Positions 1 through 6,516 of a DNA stretch of 64,000 nt are shown here, one piece after another. The translations under genes and the position numbers were made by a program. A model generated the notes under the pieces. The model was not told where the DNA came from. It did not search any database and was given only the letters and a program-made list of their open reading frames with translations. Each line of letters opens with the position of its first letter. Position 1 is the stretch's first letter. This DNA is from Verrucomicrobiota bacterium (GTDB taxonomy: Bacteria; Verrucomicrobiota; Verrucomicrobiia; Limisphaerales; UBA11358), in NCBI GenBank assembly GCA_049510295.1, contig JBEKZC010000005.1, positions 17,546 through 81,545 of the forward strand, written 5' to 3'.

Positions 1-1703
1 GCAACGCGAGCCACGAAACGAAAATTGATGCGAGAGAATTAAAATTGGGTGACGACACGATTGAGTTCATGAATCAGGGCATCGCGGACGCTCATACTGT
101 CATCATTCTCTATTCCCAGCACACCCCGAAGGCGAAATGGCAAAATCTCGAAATCAAATCGGCCGTCTGGAACGAGGTTGCACAGTCTGGAGGTGTGTGC
201 ATCGTTGTGAGGCTTGACGATTCGGCAATTCCACCTGTTCTTGGGCCTAAAGTGTATGGAAAGCTGAACGCGGCTGACCCAAGTTCCTATCGAAAGCTAT
301 TGGAAGATTTGTGCGGCGCGATTCTGCCGGGGAAAACTGCTTCTTCGCTGGTATCGGAAGCATTCAAATGTGAATCAACCAATCCGTTCCGTCGCGTCCG
401 GGCCGAGTATTTTGAAGATCGGCCTGACTTGCTGGCAAAAACATTTGCTCCTCCCGATGCGCTGAAACAGGGGGCGCTTGAAGAAATGAAGCCGTGCTTC
501 CTAGAGGGTTCGCGCGGGACTGGCAAATCAATGCTGTTACTCTCCCTCCGAGCGCGTAACTTTCTTTCGCGTCATAAAGGAAATAGCAAGCTGGTCAGCC
601 GTTATGCAACCAATGCCAAGAGCATTTTAGACCCATTTTGCGGGTCGGGGGCAGTTCTTGTTGCGGGGAGTCGAAACGGAATTCCCACGACAGGTATTGA
701 TGTGAATCCGATTGCAGCCTTGCTATCTCAGGTCAAACTCGCCGGGTTTTGTTTGAAAAATGCAATGGCGCTTGCAGACGAGCTTGTGCAAACAGCCCGC
801 AAGACGAAACGGACACTCCCCATTCAATGGGCGGCCAAAGGCTACTGGTTTACTCCGGCCACGTTGGATAAATATGAACGGCTTCGAGCAGCGAGTCTTA
901 ATCTTGCGCTGAACCAAACGAGTGAGGGCATGGCTGTGCTTCTGTCTTTTGCATTATCTGTTCGGCTTTGTTCCAAAGCCGACCAGCGTAGCCCAAAGCC
1001 GTTCATCTCAAAACTGGCAATTGCGCGTCGCAAAGGTAAGCATTTTGACCCCTATCAGATAATCCCGGCCCTTTTGACAGACTTGGGCGAGGCTTACGGC
1101 CCGAACTCTGGTCAAAATAGTTGCCGTTTTTTGTTAGCTGATATGGCTTCCGATGCATCGATACCACGCTTAGTCGGAAAGCACTCGCATGTAATTACAT
1201 CACCGCCCTACATCAATGCACAGGACTACTTTCGGAATTTCAAACTTGAGTTGAATCTACTTGAAGGGGTACTACCTTTTCAAGTGGGCGACCTGCAGGA
1301 GTGCTTCATCGGTACAGAGCGGGGCGATCTCCTCGCGGGCATTTCACTCAAACAAATCCAACAACAGCGTGAACGTGTGCCTCAGATAAAAGCACTCGCT
1401 CGAAAAGCTCCTCGATCAGAAGCAGTTGTCCACCGATACCTGCACGATATGGGGAATGCGTTTGATACCATCCAGAAATGTTTGGAGTACAAAGGCACTT
1501 TCGTGTTGGTCTGCGGAGATAATCTCATCGGAGGATTGCGCATCCGCACTTGGCAACTCCTGACTAATATGCTTGTCGAGCGCGGTTTCAAACTCTTCGA
1601 CACGTTCACTGACCGAATCGAGGACAGAATGCTTGCACCGAAGCGGTGCGGTCACAAAGGACTGATCAAAGAAGAGGTCATTTTGGCTTTTCGATCCAAC
1701 TGA
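1..1703 (+). CDS. TIR-like domain / Walker-A stub / amino-DNA-methyltransferase chimeric protein (5' end off window)
   Basis: The frame is open from nt 3, with no stop before the listed TTG at 45, so the N-terminus lies outside the window. The N-terminal ~95 aa look TIR-like (DTIEFMNQGIADAHTVIILYSQHT..KWQNLEIKSAVWNE..CIVVRLDDSAIPPVL). A P-loop follows (FLEGSRGTGKSMLLL) with no Walker B after it. Next come MTase motif I (ILDPFCGSGAVLV) and, ~190 aa later, motif IV (VITSPPYINAQDY), then a V/VI-like FVLVCGDN. GC looks lower than in the neighbours. Confidence 0.6.
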   Translation, partial: NASHETKIDARELKLGDDTIEFMNQGIADAHTVIILYSQHTPKAKWQNLEIKSAVWNEVAQSGGVCIVVRLDDSAIPPVLGPKVYGKLNAADPSSYRKLLEDLCGAILPGKTASSLVSEAFKCESTNPFRRVRAEYFEDRPDLLAKTFAPPDALKQGALEEMKPCFLEGSRGTGKSMLLLSLRARNFLSRHKGNSKLVSRYATNAKSILDPFCGSGAVLVAGSRNGIPTTGIDVNPIAALLSQVKLAGFCLKNAMALADELVQTARKTKRTLPIQWAAKGYWFTPATLDKYERLRAASLNLALNQTSEGMAVLLSFALSVRLCSKADQRSPKPFISKLAIARRKGKHFDPYQIIPALLTDLGEAYGPNSGQNSCRFLLADMASDASIPRLVGKHSHVITSPPYINAQDYFRNFKLELNLLEGVLPFQVGDLQECFIGTERGDLLAGISLKQIQQQRERVPQIKALARKAPRSEAVVHRYLHDMGNAFDTIQKCLEYKGTFVLVCGDNLIGGLRIRTWQLLTNMLVERGFKLFDTFTDRIEDRMLAPKRCGHKGLIKEEVILAFRSN

Positions 1704-1729
1704 ATAACGATTCAGCCATTTCACCAACT

Positions 1730-1840
1730 ATGATCAAACTTTCCCTTCCCTTCACCGAAGAAAAAATCCGGGCGCTGAAAGTCGGCGACGAGGTGCTGAT
1801 CTCCGGCGTCGTGTCCACCGGGCGCGGAATCGGGGGTTGA
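1730..1840 (+). pseudogene. orphan 5' fragment of the hydro-lyase beta-subunit gene (duplicate of 2885-2981)
   Basis: 97 nt starting exactly at an ATG match 2885-2981 with 9 mismatches. It encodes MIKLSLPFTEEKIRALKVGDEVLISGVVSTGRG, then diverges and stops at 1840. Confidence 0.85.
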
Positions 1841-1844
1841 AAAA

Positions 1845-2324
1845 ATGGAATCAGTTTACATTGAGACGAGTGTGGTGAGTTATCTGGCGGCGCTGGCCAG
1901 CCGGGACTTGATTGTTGCGGGACATCAACAGGTGACGCGTGACTGGTGGGAGAATCGCCGCGCAAAATTCACATGTTTCATTTCGCATGTCGTGCTGGAT
2001 GAGGCGCGGGACGGAGACGCGGCGCAAGCGGCGTTGCGCTTGCAGGCGCTGGAAGGCTTTCCCAAGCTGGCGGCGACGCCCGAAGCCGAGCGGCTGGCGG
2101 TGGCTTTTCTGCAGGGTGTTCTGCCGGTAAAAGCAGCACGGGATGCCGCCCATCTGGCAATTGCCACGGTTGGCAAGGTCAAGTATTTATTGACATGGAA
2201 CTGCAATCATCTGGCAAACGCGCAGATTTTGGATCGGCTTGAGCCGATTGTCACAGCCGCCGGCTTCAAACTGCCAAGAGTTTGCACTCCGGAGGAATTA
2301 ATGGGAGTTTCAAGGTATGAATGA
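1845..2324 (+). CDS. PIN-domain (VapC-like) putative toxin
   Basis: 159 aa. The N-terminus is YIETSVVSYL and the C-terminus is YLLTWNCNHLAN, typical of PIN/VapC-family proteins. Its stop overlaps the next ORF by 8 nt. Confidence 0.7.
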   Translation: MESVYIETSVVSYLAALASRDLIVAGHQQVTRDWWENRRAKFTCFISHVVLDEARDGDAAQAALRLQALEGFPKLAATPEAERLAVAFLQGVLPVKAARDAAHLAIATVGKVKYLLTWNCNHLANAQILDRLEPIVTAAGFKLPRVCTPEELMGVSRYE

Positions 2325-2529
2325 CGATCCGATTGTAGAAGAAGTGCGACGCGTTCGAGATAAACTGGCGCGCCAGTTTAACTACGATATCCACGCCATT
2401 TTCGCCGACTTGCGAACGCGCGAGCGCGTGGAGGACCCGGCTCATCCTCTCGTGAGGGACGCAAGCGAATGGGCGGAAAGCCGGGAAAACGCACTGGTGC
2501 TCCGCGACCAGCCTAAACCGAAGGGCTAG
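2317..2529 (+). CDS. small protein with a DPIxxE..R.KL module (putative partner of the PIN protein)
   Basis: 70 aa, translationally coupled to the PIN gene. It shares its N-terminal module (DDPIVEEVRRVRDKLARQ) and its C-terminal LVLRDQPKPK tail with the next ORF. Confidence 0.5.
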   Translation: MNDDPIVEEVRRVRDKLARQFNYDIHAIFADLRTRERVEDPAHPLVRDASEWAESRENALVLRDQPKPKG

Positions 2530-2536
2530 AATAGTC

Positions 2537-2866
2537 GTGACAGCCGATCCAATTCTTTTGGAACTTGAAGCCGTTAAAGAACGTCTGGCGGCGGAAGCGG
2601 GCGGCGACTCGCGGCGTTTCCTCGATCAGATGGAAGCGTGGGCGGTGGAGCATCCGCACGCCGGGCCGGTGGTGAATTCGCCGGAGGAGTTGCAGGTGCG
2701 ATTACGGGCGCGCGAGGCTGCCGAACCGCCGCCACCGCAGGGCAAGCCGTATCGGGTTTATGATCCGATCATCGCCGAGGTGCATCGGACGCGCGAGAAA
2801 CTCCAGCGCGAGCGGCAGGCCGAAACTTTGATTTTGAAGGACGAACCGCCGCGTAAGAAACATTGA
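2537..2866 (+). CDS. small protein carrying two DPIxxE..R.KL modules (paralogue of 2317-2529)
   Basis: 109 aa. It has ADPILLELEAVKERLAAE at the N-terminus and YDPIIAEVHRTREKLQRE near the C-terminus, and ends LILKDEPPRKK. Confidence 0.5.
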   Translation: MTADPILLELEAVKERLAAEAGGDSRRFLDQMEAWAVEHPHAGPVVNSPEELQVRLRAREAAEPPPPQGKPYRVYDPIIAEVHRTREKLQRERQAETLILKDEPPRKKH

Positions 2867-2884
2867 GGTGGATCAAAGATTACC

Positions 2885-3460
2885 ATGATTAAACTTTCAT
2901 TTCCCTTCACCGAAGAAAAAATCCGGGCGCTGAAAGTCGGCGACGAGGTGTTGATTTCCGGTGTCGTGTTTACCGGACGCGACGCGGTCCACAAGTATTT
3001 GCACGAGGGCGGCAAGCTGCCGCCGGGTGTGAATTTTCGCGACGGGATTCTTTATCATTGCGGCCCGGTCGTGATGAAGCAGGACGACGGTTCTTGGAAA
3101 GCCACCGCCGCCGGTCCGACGACTTCAATTCGCGAGGAGCCGTATCAGGCGCATATCATCAAGGAATTCGGCCTGCGCGGGGTCATCGGCAAGGGCGGCA
3201 TGGGTGACCGGACGCTGGCGGCATGCAAGGAATTCGGCTGCGTGTATCTGCACGCGGTCGGCGGCGCGGCGCAAGTGCTGGCCGATTGCATCAAAAAGGT
3301 GCGCAACGTCTATCTGATGGAAAAGTTCGGTGCGCCGGAGGCCATCTGGGAATTTGAAGTGGCAGATTTCCCCGCCGTTGTCACGATGGACTCGCACGGC
3401 AATTCGCTGCACAAGGAAGTCTTTGCCATGAGCCAGGCGGAACTGGCGAAAAGACTTTAA
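2885..3460 (+). CDS. Fe-S hydro-lyase beta subunit (class I fumarate hydratase C-terminal domain / L(+)-tartrate dehydratase beta type)
   Basis: 191 aa with GPTTSIREEPY and VIGKGGMG..AVGGAAQ motifs typical of the FumA-C/TtdB family. No alpha-subunit gene lies upstream in this window. Confidence 0.85.
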   Translation: MIKLSFPFTEEKIRALKVGDEVLISGVVFTGRDAVHKYLHEGGKLPPGVNFRDGILYHCGPVVMKQDDGSWKATAAGPTTSIREEPYQAHIIKEFGLRGVIGKGGMGDRTLAACKEFGCVYLHAVGGAAQVLADCIKKVRNVYLMEKFGAPEAIWEFEVADFPAVVTMDSHGNSLHKEVFAMSQAELAKRL

Positions 3461-3517
3461 ATAAGGAAACCAAGAGGGCAGGAGAATAATCTCCTCATGG
3501 TTTCATGGATTCCTTAT
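3461..3517 (+). terminator. nested hairpin downstream of the hydro-lyase gene
   Basis: ATAAGGAAACCA (3461-3472) pairs with TGGATTCCTTAT (3506-3517). An inner GGAGAataaTCTCC hairpin sits between them, and an A/T-rich tail (taaaattt) follows. Confidence 0.35.
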
Positions 3518-3559
3518 TAAAATTTGAAATTGCATTCGCGCGTGGCGTATTTATCCCGC
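3517..3559 (-). pseudogene. orphan copy of the last 43 nt (stop + 13 codons) of the lipoate-ligase-like gene
   Basis: ttaaaatttgaaattgcattcgcgcgtggcgtatttatcccgc matches 5679-5721 with 3 mismatches, in the same orientation. Confidence 0.8.
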
Positions 3560-3660
3560 CCCGGAATCACGACGATTCCGAGTTTACTTGTCGTGGTATG
3601 AATTCCATTGCATGCTCGGTTCGGATCGAAACCGCGTGTACGGGCTGATTGTGAATTTCC

Positions 3661-5637
3661 ATGAAAAATATTCGTTGGATGGCAGCAGTTCGCGGGTTGG
3701 CCGTGGCCGGCATGTTTCTTTACGTGTTTTCCCGGTTTGTCCCCTGCAGTTCAGTTGATGATTACCCGATCATTGATGATATTGACAACGCTTGGGCGCA
3801 GGCTCTGCATATTGCCTTCAGCCGGCATTGGCAGTTCGGCCAGGACATTGTTTTTACCTACGGTCCTTGGGGATTCCTAGCCAGAGGCTATTATCCCACG
3901 ACGTATCCGGTTTCCGTGATCGTGTGGGTGATGCTGTCACTGGTTTTTTTATGCGCGGGTTGGCGGCTGGCGTGTCATCTGTCGGACAACCGGCTGTTTT
4001 CCTGGCTCTGGTTGATCGGTTTCACCGGCGTGGCCAGCATTCCGGTCGGGAATGATTTTGACGTCCGGTTGGTTGCCTGGGTTGTGCTGCTGTTGTTCCT
4101 GCATTTTTTTGTGGAGAAAGGCGCGTTCACGGCGACGCAGGCCATGCTGGTGGTGTCACTGGGCTGGTTGAGCCTGGTCAAGTTCACCGGCTTGATGGAA
4201 TCCGTGCTGGTGGTGGCCCTCATTGCGGTGGACAATATCTTCCGTCACCGGCGGTTTCCGTGGATTGTGCCGTTATGGGCGGCCAGTCTGCTGGGCTTTT
4301 GGGTCATGGCCGGACAGCATTTGAGTTCGTTCGGGCCGTACCTGAGCAATTCCTGGCAAATCACCAGCGGTTATACGGAAGCGATGATGCGAACCGGCAG
4401 AACGGAAACCTGGGATGTCAGCGGTTTCCTGTTGCTGGCGGTGCTGCTGTGTACGATGACCGGCGGTGTTGCCTGGGCACGCCTCCGGTTTTGGGGGGCG
4501 CTTCCCCTGGCTGGTTTGGGAGGAACCCTGTTCATCGTTTTCAAACAAGGTTATGTCCGGCAAGACCGGCATGAGGTTGCCGCCGTGATGTCACTTTTGA
4601 TCATCTCTCTGGCGTGTCTGGCGCTGGCCGGGCCGGCAAAGGGGCGAAAAATGAGGCAGGCCCTGCTTCTGTTGGCGGGTTCCGTCCTGATGGCCTCGTC
4701 CGTGTTCGGGTACTGGCTCCCAGGCAATGGGCTGTGGACGCAGTGGGCCGGGACATTCAAACCCAGCAACCTGATGGGTCCAGTCACTGGCGTGTTTACC
4801 GGACATTTGCGAAGTGATTACGAGAAAAATCTCGCGACGATACGGGAGGAATATCCCGTGCCACCGATGAAAGGAGGAGCGGACCTCTATTCCTGTTTTC
4901 AAACCATCCTTTTTGCGCACGGGTTGCCCTATCAACCACGACCGGTCATTCAGAGTTATTCCGCCTACACGCCGGAACTGGCCAGACTGAATGCCGCCCA
5001 CCTGCAGACGGACCGCGCGGCCGGCAATCTTTTGTTTGCGATAGAGCCAATTGACGGTCGTTTTCCCGCATTGGATGATGGTCTTTCCTGGCCGGAATTG
5101 TTGACCCGATACGACCTGCGGGGCACTTCGGACGCCTTGGGAACATATTTGTTCCTGTCGCGGTCGGCGGCACCGCGGGAATATCACCTGACCCCGCTCC
5201 AGGATACGTCGGCCCGTTGGGGAGAACCCGTCACGCCTCCTTCCGCCACCGCCGGTCCGATCTGGGTTGAAATTGAGATAAAAAAAACCCTGATCGGGAC
5301 GGTGGTTTCGGCGCTTTACAAACCCCCGGTGTTGGTGCTGACCGTGTCCCTGCGGGATAACGGGCAACAAGACTTTCGCATGGTTCCCGCCATGGCCCGG
5401 GGCGGATTCCTGTTGTCGCCGGTGATCGGCGACAACCAGGCTTTCGCTGCGCTTGCCTCGGCGGATGGACAACGCGACCTGGCCGGCCAGGAAGTGATGT
5501 CCATGACCGTCCTGGCCGATACCCGATCTTATTCAACGATTTGCTATCAATCGCCGATGGCAGTCCGGTTTTACCGCCTGGATTTTCCCCGGCAGGATTT
5601 CAGAATGGACTGGCCGGTGAAACCAGCGGAACAGTGA
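3661..5637 (+). CDS. large polytopic membrane protein with a C-terminal soluble domain, function unknown (GT-C-like architecture)
   Basis: 658 aa. It has many hydrophobic segments in the first ~400 aa and a ~250-aa hydrophilic C-terminus. No catalytic motif was recognised. Confidence 0.55.
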   Translation: MKNIRWMAAVRGLAVAGMFLYVFSRFVPCSSVDDYPIIDDIDNAWAQALHIAFSRHWQFGQDIVFTYGPWGFLARGYYPTTYPVSVIVWVMLSLVFLCAGWRLACHLSDNRLFSWLWLIGFTGVASIPVGNDFDVRLVAWVVLLLFLHFFVEKGAFTATQAMLVVSLGWLSLVKFTGLMESVLVVALIAVDNIFRHRRFPWIVPLWAASLLGFWVMAGQHLSSFGPYLSNSWQITSGYTEAMMRTGRTETWDVSGFLLLAVLLCTMTGGVAWARLRFWGALPLAGLGGTLFIVFKQGYVRQDRHEVAAVMSLLIISLACLALAGPAKGRKMRQALLLLAGSVLMASSVFGYWLPGNGLWTQWAGTFKPSNLMGPVTGVFTGHLRSDYEKNLATIREEYPVPPMKGGADLYSCFQTILFAHGLPYQPRPVIQSYSAYTPELARLNAAHLQTDRAAGNLLFAIEPIDGRFPALDDGLSWPELLTRYDLRGTSDALGTYLFLSRSAAPREYHLTPLQDTSARWGEPVTPPSATAGPIWVEIEIKKTLIGTVVSALYKPPVLVLTVSLRDNGQQDFRMVPAMARGGFLLSPVIGDNQAFAALASADGQRDLAGQEVMSMTVLADTRSYSTICYQSPMAVRFYRLDFPRQDFRMDWPVKPAEQ

Positions 5638-5678
5638 AATGATTTTGCCTTTTCGCCACATGAAGGTTGCGGCTACGG

Positions 5679-6422
5679 TTAAAATTTAAAATTCCACTCG
5701 CGCGTGGCGTATTTATCCCGCGCCAGAGCAAAAATCTTTTCCGTTAAAAAACCTTTCAATGGTTCTTCCGCCTTCCAGGCCTGTCGTAACGCCGCCTTTA
5801 CTTCATTCGCCGGCATGTTCAAATTGGTCAGAAATTCGGTGTGCGCGCGGTGCTCCCGGTAATCGGGCTGCTTCGATGGCATCGGCAAAAGTTCACCGAT
5901 GAGCGCGAGGCCGGAGTCCAGCAGGAATGTTCCGTGAAAAAGCAGGAAGTGTTTGCGGCGGCGCTGGGAGTTGCCGGAAAATTTGCGGTCGCCGATGGCG
6001 AGATCGGTGTGACCGCGCACGGCAATTTCGGGTCTTGGGTCCCGGCTCCTGGATTTGGGCAAGAGGCTTTGCATCGCCGCGCGGTTGCGTTCCATGATGA
6101 ACTGGTTGGCGATGCTGATGCTGTGGAGTGGGCCGTCGGCGGTAATTCGCAGAACCAGCGTGTAGTTGAGGCAGCCGGGTCCTTGCACCACGGTGCCCCC
6201 GCCGGAACAGCGTCGCAGAACCGGGATGCCGCGCGTTTCGCACGCCGCGACGTTCACTTCTGCCGCCACCTTGTTCGCGTAGCCGACGACGACGAAAGGT
6301 TCGCGCGGTTCCCAGAAACGCAGCACCTCGTCGCCGGCACCGGTTTCCGCGGCGTCGAGCAGCACCTCGTCGCCGGCCAGGTTTTCGGCGGGCGAGGGGA
6401 GCGTCAGATCGAGTAATTTCAT
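5679..6422 (-). CDS. lipoate-protein ligase / octanoyltransferase family protein (BPL_LplA_LipB domain)
   Basis: 247 aa with LRFWEP..PFVVVGY...RRCSGGGTVVQGPGCLNYTLV. It is divergent from aceE, which fits the function. Confidence 0.8.
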   Translation of the reverse strand: MKLLDLTLPSPAENLAGDEVLLDAAETGAGDEVLRFWEPREPFVVVGYANKVAAEVNVAACETRGIPVLRRCSGGGTVVQGPGCLNYTLVLRITADGPLHSISIANQFIMERNRAAMQSLLPKSRSRDPRPEIAVRGHTDLAIGDRKFSGNSQRRRKHFLLFHGTFLLDSGLALIGELLPMPSKQPDYREHRAHTEFLTNLNMPANEVKAALRQAWKAEEPLKGFLTEKIFALARDKYATREWNFKF

Positions 6423-6516
6423 TTTGCAGTTGCGCTGATTTCGCTGGTGTTGAGTGTAGGGTTTCGGTTTAATCCTACCGAGCTTTTTGTGAAACGGAGC
6501 AATAGCGGAGAAGACA

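Noticed and set aside
1730-2981. Diversity-generating retroelement (template/variable repeat) as an explanation for the duplicated 97-nt segment and the other duplicated gene ends.
   Set aside because: The mismatches are C/G versus T/A and are not adenine-specific. No reverse transcriptase is nearby. The copies sit at gene termini and not in a C-terminal variable domain.
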